Below are positions 49,670-62,331 of a stretch of 64,000 bases of DNA, piece by piece; the stretch's first letter is position 1, and every line of letters starts with the position of its first letter. Below the pieces are notes generated by a model that was given only the letters and a program-made list of their open reading frames with translations, searched no databases and was not told where the DNA came from. The position numbers and the translations under genes were made by a program. The DNA is taken from the NCBI RefSeq assembly GCF_030144855.1, contig NC_082722.1, forward strand, positions 27,590,001 through 27,654,000, read 5' to 3'. This DNA is from Hypanus sabinus (lineage: Eukaryota).

Positions 49670-52600
49670 TGTCTATTTAAAGGAAACAATTCAATCTTAT
49701 TAAGATTTAATTTATACCCGGAAAAATGACTAAATTGAGCCAACAATGATAAAGCTACAGGAATAGATTTCTCAGGATCAGAAATAAATAATAATAAATC
49801 ATCTGTATATAATGATAACTTAAGTCCATCTGTCCCACGATAATGCCAAACATGTTCTGTGATTCTCTTATAGCATTTGCCAAGGATTCTGAAGCACTAA
49901 GAGGACAGCCTTGTCTAGTACCTCGAAATAAACGAAAAAAGGGAGATATTTGATTGTTGGTAAGCACCGAGGCTACTGGAGTATGATATATCAGTTTAAT
50001 CCAGGAATTGGTCTAAAATTAAACTTCTCAAGCACATTAAATAAGTATGGTCATTCAACTCTATCAATTGCTTACTCCGCATCTAATGAAATTACACATT
50101 CGGAAGTGCTATGTGAAGGAGTATAAACAATATTCAATAATCTCCTATCATTGAAAAAAGCATAGCGATTTTTAATAAAACCGGTTTGATTTTCCGAAAT
50201 AATTTGGGGTAAGACCTTCACAAGCCTGGATACCTGTAACTTGGAAAAGATCTTAGAATCTCCATTCAATAAAGATATTGGTCTATAGGATGCACAGTCG
50301 GTAGGGTCTTTATCTTTCTTCAATATTAAAGAAATGGAAGCTCCATAAAAAGATTGTGGCAAATTGCCCAATCTAATTCCTTCTTCATAAACGCTGCATA
50401 ACCAAGTAAAAAGAGTAGCGGAAAAACATTTTAAAATTTCTACTGTATACCCATCTGGACCTGGTGCTTTCCCAGAATTCATAGAGGAAATAACCCCTTT
50501 ATTTTCTGCATCCGTAATAGGAGTTTCTAATATTGAAAGATCATCTGATGATAATTTTGGAAAATTCAATTTCCCAAGAAAATCACACATTGGATTACGA
50601 TCAAGAGGGAATTCGGAATGATACAGGGAGGTATAAAAATCTTGAAATGATTTATTTATCTCATCATGGTTAACTGTCAGATCCCCATTCTGCTGACGGA
50701 TCTCAGTAATTTGACGTTTAACCAAAGCATGCTTCAACAGACTAGCTAACAGTTTACCCGATTTATCACTATGTATATAAAAATCAGATCTGGTTTTCAT
50801 TAATTGATTTTCAATCGAAGATGTAAGGAATAAGCTATGTTCCGTTTGAAGTTCAACCCTTTGTTTGTAAAGCTCCTTACTAGGAGTAATCGAATATTTC
50901 TTGTCAATGTCTTTAATTTTATCAACCAACAAAAGAGTTTCCTTCTTGATGCGTTTTAGCAGACCAACAGATTAGGTGATAACCTGTCCACGTATATATG
51001 CTTTAAAAGTGTCCCAAAGTGTTCCGCAAGACATATCATCCGTGGAATTAGTTAAAAAGAAGAAATCGATCGGTTCCTTCATAAATTTAATAAAATCCGG
51101 AACTTGCAGTAAAGTAGCTTCTAGCACTAGAAGCTGTATCCGTAAATTTAATAGAAAGTTTTAATGGAGCATGGTCAAAGATGGCTATAATATCATAATT
51201 ACAACCAATTACCAATGGAATAAAACAAGAGTCAATAAAATAATCAATTCTCGAGTAGGAATGATAAACATGTGACAAAAATGAAAACTCATTGTCCTTA
51301 GAATGCCGAAATCTCCAAATATCAAAAATTCCATTATCAGTCAAAAAAGAGTTAATACAATTGTCCGACTTACTAGGTAAAGTCTGAGTAGATATAGATT
51401 TGTCCACCAAAGGATTTAAACTACAATTAAAGTCACCACCCATTATTAACTTATATTCATTTAGATTAGGTAGAGAAGTAAATAAGGACTTAGAAAAATC
51501 GGGACAATCCACATTTGGAGCATAAACATTAACCATAGCAACCTTTTTGTTAAAAACTAAGTCAGTAATTAACAAAAATCTACCATTCGGATCCGAAAAG
51601 ACATCATGTTGGATAAATGGAATAGAGGAGTCAATGAAAATTGAAACTCCCTTTACTTTGGCATTTGAATTCGAATGATACTGTTGATCCCTGCAAATCC
51701 TAAAAAAGTGATAATTGACCTCGTTCCTCACAACAGTTTCTTGTGCAAAAATAATATGAGCATTAAGTCTTTGGAATACTTTGAAAATCTTTTTGCGTTT
51801 AATCGGATGGTTTAAGCCATTAGTATTCTAACAGACAAAATTAATGGTCTGAGCCATATTTCTGAAATCAACCCATGGTATATAAAGGGTTAACCAATTT
51901 ATAAACTCATGCACCCGGAAGATGAACAAAACTAAGGGGAGGACCCGGAAGTGACGACATCGCGGACGTATTGGTAGTTTAAAATCAGCCCAAATGAAAA
52001 AACTAAAAAAACTGATAAAAGAAACATAAGATTTAGAAAAAGACCTCCCACCCACCACCCAAGAGGAAAAAACAAGACTATCCCAGCAAGGGATAGGCTG
52101 GGAAAAAGAAAAGATGAAACTAAATCTACCCCCATATCAGCAGAAGACAACTCCGTATATAAAGGATAAATAAAAAGATCCACCCAAACGCTAAAGAAAT
52201 AATAATCAATATACAAAAATCAAACCACTTAATATAATTGGTAGTAAAAAAAAACAACAAGAGTATAATCACTAGTAACTTATAAATCGGGTTAAAACTC
52301 AAACAAACTAAAAAAAAATAAACTATATTAAGAGATGCATTATAGGAAGAAGACGAGAGAAAATAAAATGGGGAAATCAAAAAAAAAAGCCAAAAATGTT
52401 TTAGAGAAGAAACCTCCATCTTAGTAAAAAAAAATTCACCTTCGAATGATTAATAATAATGACGAAAGATAAAGTACAGTGGTTGAAGTAAGTAAAATAC
52501 AAAGAACAGCATGTCGAGAAAAAAAAACTTTAACTAGAGTATAAAATATAGAGTAAACCTACACGAATAGCCAGAAGCAAAATCTGGTTTTGGAAATAAA

Positions 52601-53660
52601 AAACATCTTGCACGATCAAAATCACTCATTTATGTGGAATGAGTGCCCGTAGCAGTAGGGAAGTTCTCCTCCAGAAAGCTTCTCGCATCAGATGTAGAAA
52701 GGAAAACTCGATTGGTGCATTTGGAGGCGATATTCTGAACTTCGCTGGGTATAAGAGCGCAGGTTTTAGATTTTTCTCATAACATTCAGACATCAGAGGT
52801 TTAAAAACAAGCCTTGCCTTCATTACTTCTGGACTAACGTCTTCTACTAAACGAAAATTGTGATCTTGAAATTTGACCATCCCTACATGCCGAGCCACAC
52901 GAATAAGTTGCTCTTTAACATTCACATAGTGAAATCGAACAATTACAACCGGTGGTTTAGCTAAAGCAATTGGTGATCGACGAGAATTCTGTGAGCGCGA
53001 TCGAGTAACGGAGGACTGTCTGGGAATACAGAAGGGAACGCATCCTTTCAAAGTTGAGCAAAATACTTCGGGTGGTCCCCTTGTTCAATACCTTTCCGGA
53101 AGACCAAGAATGCGTGGGTTCTGTCTTCTGGACTGATTCTCAAAGTCGTCACTCTTGGCTTTAAGTGTTTCCACCTGCTTAATCGTCGGAAGTAAGTTCT
53201 GCTCCATTTTATCAATTATCAAATCTCGCTTCAGAGCGTCTTCTTGCAGAGTTACGATTACAACTTGCTGCTGGTTAACTACAGAATCCGGCTTATCCAT
53301 ATAATCTTGAAAAGCCTTTATATCTTGTTTAAAAATTTGTCGTTGTTCTTCAAATTTTTGATTTAAAACCTCCAATAACATTTCATAAGTCAATTCAGTG
53401 CCCTTCGCATCAGTCGTCTTATTCTTCCCGTTACCGTTAAAATCCTTCCCGTGTTCTCGCCCTTTAGATCTAAGAGCCATTTCTGTATTCTTTTCTTCAA
53501 AAATTCACAATAAACTCTTAAAGATAAGTCCAATAAAGTAACAAGAATCTTTTGGAGTAGGTAAAAATAAGTTAAATAAGGGTGATCATAGGTTTTAAAA
53601 AGTAAAGGTTATGGAGCAAATCTGGAACAGTGCTCACTCCATGAGCGTCTCCTGCTGACC
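49670..53660 (-). mobile_element. L1-clade element: 5' UTR, ORF1, APE and N-terminal RT, with the 3' half missing
   Basis: ORF1 has a coiled coil plus ENQSRRQNPRILGLPE and PALLYPAK. APE: NVYAPN, IMGGDFN, SRIDYF. RT: GKAPGPDGY, SYRPISLLN, RGTRQGCPLS. Multiple frameshifts. Confidence 0.93.
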
Positions 53661-54119
53661 TCCTAATCTAGACCTTGTGTAACTTTATTGACGCAGGTTC
53701 ATAGTAGCCTTCTTCGAACCAGTCATCCAAACATCCATGTGTCTCAGCCGTGCTGTCTTCACCATTCATATTCATATAACATGCAGGACCAGTTGATTAA
53801 TCAGCAGCAATTCGCAAAAGATACTAAAAACCAACAAATTCAAGATGATGATTGTAAAACATTTCAAGAGAAAAAGAAGCAGAAACAATCAACCAGATTA
53901 CGGGATCCTGCAGCAGTTTAACTCAATCTGATCACTTGCATTGCACAATGAAATAGCAAATACTGTTCACTAAAATCTTGCTTTAAATTACAACCTGATG
54001 AAAGAAATCATACATTCCTATAAATACAAGCTTGGTCCTGTTTTATTCAGAATCACACAAATAATATTACGATTTATTTATTATTACTGAACATAGATCC
54101 TTAATTTATTCATTGTCCG

Positions 54120-54250
54120 ACGGATTCAGATGCTGCAGATGTGTGCTTGAGGAAAGAGCAAGGAGGCTTCAGGAGAAACAGAGGCTGTGTTGACAAGACC
54201 ATCACACTGTGTAACATCATAGAACAGTGCGCAGACTAGCAGAGACAAAT
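54120..54250 (+). mobile_element. RTE-clade RT fragment
   Basis: CLRKEQGGFRRNRGCVD..ITLCNIIEQC. Confidence 0.55.
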
Positions 54251-54690
54251 GTATAAGAGATAAGACAATCCATATTAACTGTGCGGATAGATTACGGGAT
54301 GAATAAGCAAGGACATCTTCCTTTAATAGATATAGCCATTCCCAGTAAACACACAAAACATATAGAAGCCAATAAGTGCAAAACAACAAGAATATGCTAG
54401 ATTCAAAAAGGAAATTGAAAGGCTATGGAACATGAACCGGATATACAGTCCAAATAGTAGTATCTACAACTGGTATCATCCCACCGTCACGACACTGTAT
54501 CAGCAAACAATTCGATGTATGCAGCAAAATTTATGCAGATCTTCAGAAACCTCTATACTAAACACCACTGGAATAGTCTGAATATTCCTAACAATTGAGA
54601 ACTCAGTGAGTTTGGCTACAGCCATACCTTAGGTTTCACCAGCTTGAGCAGAGAAAAAAAATAAAATGTAATAATAATAAAATTAATATA
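54250..54690 (+). mobile_element. R4/Dong-like 3' fragment with TAA-rich tail
   Basis: KYARFKKEIERLWNMNR...VVSTTGIIP, ending ...caccagcttgagcagagaaaa...taataataataa. Confidence 0.7.
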
Positions 54691-54789
54691 TAAGCTGTAA
54701 CAACGGAGAACATGAAACGAGGAGTCCTTGAAAGTGAGCACATAGGTTGTTGGAACAGTTCAGCTGTAAGGCATGTGCATGTAGGGCAT

Positions 54790-57700
54790 GTAGGGAGCAG
54801 TTAATCCCTCTAGATCAGGAGCCTGTTTGTTGCGGAGTGATAACTTTTCCTGAACTTGGTGGTATGAGTCCCGAGTCTGCTGTATCATTTTTTTCTGAGG
54901 ACAGTAATGAGAAGAAAGGATGAACTGGCTGGTGGGGGTCCGTGATGATGGATGCTGCTGATTATGATATCTCTGCATGTATATGTGCTCAATGATGAGG
55001 AAGATTTTGTCTGTGTTGGCCTGGTCCGCATACACTACATTTTGAAGGTATTTCCGTTCTATAGTTTAGGTGTTTCATTCCAGGCTCCACTGCACACCTA
55101 CCGCGGTTAGGCAAAGCGGTAGATGTCACGCCAGTTCTTCGCAAACTCGGAAGGAAGTAAATGTGCTGCCATGCTATCATCGTAACCAGGAAAGGTCCTC
55201 TGAAATAGTAACACTGAGTAATGAAAAGTGGCTAACCACCTCTAGCTCTGATCCCCCGATGAGAACTGGCTCACGGACTTCCGGTTTCTTCCCCTTGAAG
55301 TGCATAATCAACTCGTTCCTCTTGCTGACATTGAATAAGAGTTTGTTTTTTTGCTCTGGCACCACACGGTCAGATTTTCAATCTACCTGCTACATATGAA
55401 TCGGTCTCCTCCATTGATTCGGCCCACGACAGTGGTGTCCTCACAACTCTTAAATATGTTTTGAAGCTGTGCTTAGCCACACAGTTATAGGTGTAAACCG
55501 ATCAGAGCAGAATGATGTTCACACATCCTTGTGGGACACCTGTGCTTATGGAGCTTGTGGAGGAAATGTTGCTGCCATTCTGTAATCACTGTGGACTTCA
55601 ACTGAGGAAATCGCGGAATAAATTGTTCTAGACGGCATTGAAAGTAAAGTCTTCAAGCTTATTGATTAGTTTTGAGGAAATGATAGAGTCGATAAAGAGC
55701 TTCCTGATGTATCCAGATATCCCAGGGTAATTGAAGTACCAATGAAATAGCACGTGCTGTAGATCCGTCGTAACGGTAGGCAAGGTGGACGGATCTAAGT
55801 CGCCTGTTAGGCAGCAGTGTATATGTTACATTACCTAGCTCTCTAAGCACTTTCTCACTCTGGATGGAAGTGCTACAGGAAGGTAGCAGGTTAACACGTT
55901 CCTCTTAAGCACTGGTATAAACGCAATCTGCTTGAAGCCGAGGAGCACCTTAGATTGATCAGCACAGTTCTTTAGTTCTCGGCAACTATCCCATCTGAGC
56001 CGGATGCTTTTCATGGGTTCATTGTCCTAAAGGGAGCTGTCAAGCCGTCTCGGGGATTGGCATCACAGAATCATCGGGGTCTGTGGGAGTTTGTGATCGT
56101 TCCTTCATGCTTTTACGATCACGGCAATCATAGAAGACATTCAGCTCCTCCGGTCGCGAAGCATTATTGTTACCTTTGTCACTTGATTTCAAAGCAACAT
56201 TAACAAAATGCTGGAGGAACTCAACAAAGCAGGCAGCATCTATGAAAAAGTGTAAATAGTCGACGTTCAAGGTGGCCGGTGTTAGGTGGAACCTGGAGAC
56301 AGGGAAGTGAAGTGCCGGGATGTTGATTGTTGAAATAACTGAAGAGTTGGAGAAGGAGGCACCTGATAGGAGAGGACTGAAGAAAGGGAAGGAGGAGTAT
56401 CACCTGAAGGAGGGGATGGGCCGGTAAAGTAAGGGACTGAAATTGGAATGGGAAGTCATGCGGGTGGGCGGAAGTGGAGGAATGACCGGAAGTTGATCCG
56501 ATCAGCTTGGAGTCTAGCCAGAGGAAATATAAGGCGATTGGCTTCCAACCTGTGTGTGGCCTGTCTGTGGCAGAAGAGGATGCTGTGGTCTGACATGTCC
56601 GAATGGTAATGGGAAGAAGAATTGAAATGAGTGGCCACCAAGAAATCTTACTTTTTGTGGCCGACGGAGAGAAGGTGCTCGATGAAGCGTTCTCCCAGTC
56701 TACGTCGGGTCTCACCGAAAAACAGGATGCCACGCCGGGAGCACCGGATACAGTAGTAACCCCAATGGAATCGCAGTTGCAGTATCGTCTCGCTTTTTGT
56801 GGCTCTGAGTGGTCATAAGGGAGGAGGTGAATGGGCAGATGAGGCACTTGTTCTGCTCGAAAGACTAAGCGCCCGGAGAGTGGTCAGTTGGGTAGCACGA
56901 GGGGACAAATGATTTGCATAGGGACGCCCTGTAGAGAACAGATAGTTCGGAGGGGGGCGGGGTAGGGAAAGGTGTGCATGGTGGTCGGACCCTATAGGAA
57001 ATGGCGGCAGATACATAGAATTACATGCTGTATGCGGAGGCAGTGAGTTTGTACTTGAGGTCAAGAGGAATCTTATCCATGTGTGACAGTGGGAGGATGG
57101 CACGAAATGCAAGAGATTCTGATGAGGACAGTATTGATGGTGGAGGAAAGAATGTTATTTTCCGTAAGAAGGAGAACATCTCAATAGTACTGGAATGGAA
57201 AACCCCACCATGAGTGTGGATGTATTTTTAAAAGTGGCAGTGTAGGAAGAAGTGTAGTCCAAATAGTTATGATAGTCAATGTGTTTATAAAATATATCCC
57301 TAGTTAGCCTGTTCAGCGATTGAGACAGATATCGAGAAAGGGGAGACATATTTCATAAATTGTACAACTTGTGGCCAGCATGGACGTTGGAGGCAACGTT
57401 GATGAAATAGACGAACTTTGTATAGGTGCAGGAAGCAGCACCAAAGCAGTCGTCAATGCAATGTTGAAAGAGTTCGGCAGCCATGCTGGCGTAATATTGG
57501 GACATTGTCCGTTGCACATGGCCAATGAGAGATCAGGCATTGCTAGGACTCAAGCGGTTGCCCATCGCTGCACAGTGGGTTTGAAGGAAGTCAGAGGATC
57601 GCAAGGAGAAACTGTTGAAGATGAGTTACAGATCTGTCAGACAGAGGACGGTGTAGCTGGTTGGTTCTGCTGTCGAGGAAGAAGTTGAGAGCGTTAAGAC

Positions 57701-58960
57701 AATCCTGAAGGTGAATAGAAAAGTACAGAGACTGGACATTCATAGTAAAAATGAAACGATCTGTGTCAGGTTACCTAAGTTCATAGAGGAAATGGAGAGC
57801 GTGTAAAGTGTCACGGATGTAGTTACGAAGGTCTGAAACAAGGTTCCTCCCTTCTTTCTTATTCTGACTTCTGCCACTTTCTTTCCAGTTCTGATGAAGG
57901 ATTTTGACCCAATACGTCAACTGATTATTCTCTTACATGAATGCTGCCTGGCCTGCTGAGTAACTCCAGCATATTGTTTGTATGGTTTCAGATTTCCAGG
58001 ATCTGCAGATTTCTGATTTGATTACACCTTGATAGCATTCAAGCCCAGCCGCAACTGGTGGGCGTCCTTCGTTCATTCAAGTTTAATCTTGAATGCTCAC
58101 TTCGCCCGTGATATGTCTTTATGGACCTATTATAACTTTATTGTTCGCCTGCCTTGAAGCCTGTGATCTGACCTCCGCAGACTGCAGATGCCATGGTTCA
58201 TCCAAGACTTTTGGACTCACTTCTCTACAACTGTTTTCTTTTTTCACACGTCCGTGATAACCGTGATGTATTCTTTCAGTTTCGTAGACGAGACCTTGAA
58301 CACAGCCCAGTCCACCGACTCGAAGCAATACCGTGACCGTTCCTCTGACTCCGGCGACGGCCTTTTTGTTGTCCAAATATCTGGATCCTTGATCGTTTAC
58401 CTTTGCCTCTATGCAGGTAGGAGAAGGACAGCCAAGTGGTCAGATGTGGCTTTTCTGCCTGGACGTGTAGGCCTTTCTTATCTTTTTATACAGTAGCAGT
58501 GGACTAGTGTGCCTGATGTTCCGGTGCTACAGGTCATACGCTGAGGGTGAATGGGCAGACATTTCCTCAAACAAGCTTTATTGAATTTCCCGACTATGAT
58601 TTGAAATGCGTCGAGATGGACAGTTACATATTTAGCATTGGCATCATACAGTATCTCAGTCGAACGATGGTAGTAAGTAAACTGCGGTCAAGATCATGAA
58701 GGAGAACTCTCTTGGTAAATAGAACGGTCGACGTTTGATCGTCAGCTGATCAAGACTGGACGAACAAGATCACGAGAAAACTGCCACATCGGAGAAGCAC
58801 CGTTTATCATGAAATAGATCCCGACACCTTTCATCTTTTCCGAATCACTAGTTCGGTTCATCCTGTAGATCGAGAAGCCATCGGTCTGTTCGCTTCCTAT
58901 ATTTCCTCGGAGTCCTCTGTAAGCACTAGCCAACTTGCTAGGCCTTTAATTAAAAACTGT
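54790..58960 (-). mobile_element. Rex1-like LINE (APE 58040-58960, RT/3' end 54790-56190) interrupted by a Penelope-like element
   Basis: GFSIYRMNRT..KMKGVGIYFMIN (APE) and LFNVSKRNELIMHFKG..PVLIGGSELEVVSHF..LSVTISEDLSW (RT end), on the same strand and in the expected order. Confidence 0.75.
56190..58010 (-). mobile_element. Penelope-like element (RT C-terminus and GIY-YIG), degenerate
   Basis: LPFLDI....DIFYKHIDYHNYLDYTSS (RT thumb) and GVTYCIRCSRRGILFFGETRRRLGERFIEHL (GIY-YIG). Terminal repeats at 56190-56280 and 57840-58010 are in opposite orientation. Confidence 0.85.
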
Positions 58961-59447
58961 TATCACTCAAACATTAAATTCTCGGTTGGACTAAACGAGA
59001 ATTAGCGGGGTTATAGCTTTCTCATAATAAATTACGGATGGCAGCTATGATCTGCTGGATCTTCTCCAGTGTTCGACAGTGCTGTACCGCAGTCGTGGGC
59101 ACCATTGTTCACATGATTTGTTAATTCATTATTTGAACGCAATCTCGCACGCTGCCAGAATGAGATTTGAAGTATGATTTTCTTCACTGTTCCAGCATTT
59201 AGATTACATGGCGTAAGTCATATCAGTAGTTTGCTGGAGAATTTTAGAAGGCAACCGAATAGCGACAAAGTAAAGCTGATTTATAGCGATGTAAGTTGCA
59301 CACGAGAAGGAAAGCAGAATCAGAGTTGTTTTTTTATTGAATCAGCCATGATTGTCAGCGAGGAATTCAGTCTGATAAATTTAGTTTGTGAGTATGCAGA
59401 GGGAAGAGCATAGTGATTTAAGAGATTGATGCTAAACACTTCCTCAC

Positions 59448-59534
59448 CTGGATTACTCTCAAACTCTTGCTCCAACTTTTTCCTGACCTTTTTAGTACTG
59501 ACTATCTCGCTTCCTCCTTTGCTTCCGTCCATTC
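59448..59534 (-). CDS. Candidate exon B of an unidentified gene, (G)MDGSKGGSEIVSTKKVRKKLEQEFESNP
   Basis: Acceptor cctgactcttccgcag, donor G|gtgagg, 87 nt, phase 1/1, in frame with exon A. Confidence 0.55.
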
Positions 59535-59694
59535 CTGCGGAAGAGTCAGGACACGGAACTTCGACTGTTCACTTCTGTCCATAAATGCTGTTTGACCCAA
59601 TTTAGAGAAGCTTTACTGTACTTCCTCTAAGAAAAACATACCATTGAAAAAGATCAAAATGGTTCGCAGTTGTGGCTAAACCGAGTCATTTTAC

Positions 59695-59925
59695 CTTGCT
59701 GCAGCACGGCTTTCTTGTCATGTAACAAGTCCTTTGCAACAAAGGTTACATACCGTGGCATGTCTGTGGTTTCGTATTTAGCTTTCATAATCCACAACAC
59801 AAGATCATCGAGACCAAGTTTATCCAGTGCAGATAAACCCCAGTATACTGTGTCTCTCCCGGCCCCATCGTCTTCTGCCTCTTGGATCCAAGGCACATGC
59901 GTTCGCCACCTCCCCTCCAAGTTCA
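59695..59925 (-). CDS. Candidate exon A of an unidentified gene (77 codons)
   Basis: Acceptor ttctgtgttgtccag, donor G|gtaaaa, 231 nt, phase 1/1, open: VNLEGRWRTHVPWIQEAEDDGAGRDTVYWGLSALDKLGLDDLVLWIMKAKYETTDMPRYVTFVAKDLLHDKKAVLQQ. Confidence 0.55.
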
Positions 59926-60379
59926 CTGGACAACACAGAATTTGCATTCTGAATGCTTCGCGGTTTGTCTAATGGATTGTGTGTTACTGATCATGAAAGT
60001 CACCATGAAGTTTCCCTATCACGTACCATTTTTTAAATCGCCTATATTTGATATTTCAATTCATAATTCAAGTCAATTAAATAGTTGCCCATAAAGTAGG
60101 CTGAAAAGTTTTCTTCTTGGCGGGGCATTAGGCAGGGCGTGTGCTGCATGGCATAACAGGTTTTATAAAGATTATAAAAGCAGCACGCACACTCTGTTCG
60201 ATGCGCTGCGTTTAAGTGTACATCGGTCAGTGATCATGTTGATGTGCATGCTCGGCGGGCAAAACATATTTTGTGTATTCATTATTATCAAGTTGTTTTA
60301 TTTTCAGCATTATTTGTGAAAGCAAGATGTATGGCAAATGTTGCATCAACTGTGATGCTTTCTGTTTTACTTGTTGCGA

Positions 60380-61480
60380 GTAGAAGCTTAAATCTCAACC
60401 TCGAAGTATGGTTTTTCTTATGAAGAAACCCTATAAATTCTACTTTGAGTGAAAGATTGCCGACTGACTCAGTGTCTGGGCTCTTCACATTTGTTGCTCA
60501 ACAGGCCTTATCGATCTGAGAGTTTGGTTCAGAGATAGTCGGAAGACAATAGCTTTCGTGGCACCGATTGTATGGCGAGATTTAGTTCTATCTGACCAGT
60601 GTGTCTGGTTTTTCTGTTATAAACAAGCAAACGATTTAACACTGCAATTTCCATTCAGCATCGAGAGCTGTACCACATGATGATAATCCTGCAGTAGTGA
60701 AGCCACCAGAGACATAGAGTCTAAAGGAGGCAGAGGAAGGTGACAATGTGTGAGAGGTAGGAATGGAAAAAAACGACTCTGATACCGATCCAGATTTTGA
60801 ACTCTTAATGTCGAGAGAGCCTCTTGTGACACTCAGTCTGTGTTTAATGACTTGGTCAGAGACTTGGGTGTGTTAAAGCAGAATTGCTAGATTCAAAACT
60901 ACAAGGATGAAATCTGCTGTCTCCAGGTACAAGAATTTCCGTGGATGTTTTCGATACTTGAAAGAGATGCTTCTCAGAATAACTGATTCTAAAATTAAGG
61001 AAGGCATTTTCTGATGTTCCGCATATCAAACAGGTCATCAATGGCAGCCCATTCGAAGAACGTCTATTGAGACCGGAGAAAATCCCGTGAAGGCGTTCAA
61101 GGGTGTCGTTGGAATGCTTATCTGCAACTACAGAGTTTCAAACTACGTTCAGCTGCTTGACAACATACGTCAAGCATACAAAACAATGCAGTACAGAACG
61201 TCAGTAAAACATCATTTTCTTCATTCTCATTTAGACTTCTTCCATGCAGATATTGGTGCTGTTGGTAACGAGCATGGTGAAATTATTCACAAGGAGATGC
61301 AGATATGAGAAAATGGTGTCAAGACTGCTGGAATCTATCAATGCTGGCGGATTACTGTTGGACACTTATGCAAAAAGCCTCAGGCATTGAATAAAAACGA
61401 ACATCTTTGCAAAATCTTTTAGTTGAATTATTGCCGGGCGTCATTACCATTATACACTTAAAAGTTTTGTATTCAAAAAA
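60380..61480 (+). mobile_element. Chapaev-like (CMC superfamily) DNA transposon, internally deleted and degenerate
   Basis: FNDLVRDLG, KIKEGIF and KAFKGVVG..NYVQLLDNIRQAYKTM..HFLHSHLDFF.ADIGAVGNEHGE...SMLADYCW. The family assignment is from memory of the motif. Confidence 0.6.
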
Positions 61481-62293
61481 AGTTTATGCGTCGTTTCTCC
61501 AATTTTCTGCCTTATACAACTAACATGAAATGGCCCTTCTATTCATCTTCAAGCAGTTTATCTCATCCACATCTCAAGAAGCAACACTTTAGAAAAACGT
61601 TTCTACCCAGTGGTTCCATCCATCCACGACACATACATTTCACACAAAGCCTTCCACTTCCCCTATCTTTACCTGGCTCCATTTGCCCTTCACCTCTCCT
61701 CTAATGGCCCCAAATATCTATCTCTCTTTTATTTGTTAGATTCCAGAAATATAACCTTTGCCGTTCTGCTTATCAGCCTCCAGAATCTGTACCTAGCTTG
61801 ACCTCCCCGACCCTCCTTTCACGTCAGCTGACTCAGCAGCTGAAAGTTGTTCCAATTGGCATACGCATCTCGCCTATCATTTACACCTGAGGGGGATCAG
61901 GACCCTTACGGACTATGGTAGCATAATAAACGGAAGAATATTCCATATTCAAGGAATATTAAGTATCCTAATAGAATAGATAACAAAAAAAATAATTGTC
62001 CAATTTGCTGGACTATTGAATATGGAATGCATGGAATATCCAGCAAATCGTGTAAGCATGTACAGGCAGATCAACAGAATTAACACTTCAATTTTCCTTC
62101 ATTTCTCAGAATTGTGTTTCTGGACTTCCAAACCTACGTTCATGAATTATGATTCCAAGCAATTAAATTAACATCGTAAGAAGTGAGTGCATTCTTGTGT
62201 TTTTCTTTCCTACTTTATCTGTCCGTTTGAAAGGCTAGCTGCTCTTGTTCAAGTCCAAGGAAGTCTCACATCCTTTCAAGACAAATATTTTTC

Positions 62294-62331
62294 ACTTCCC
62301 GTTTATAATTCACCAATACGAATATTTGCAT
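62294..62331 (+). promoter_or_regulatory. ETS, CCAAT and octamer module (right arm)
   Basis: ACTTCC 62294-62299, CCAAT 62313-62317, ATTTGCAT 62324-62331. A downstream ATGAAATG|gtaagt lies at 62860-62873. Confidence 0.45.
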
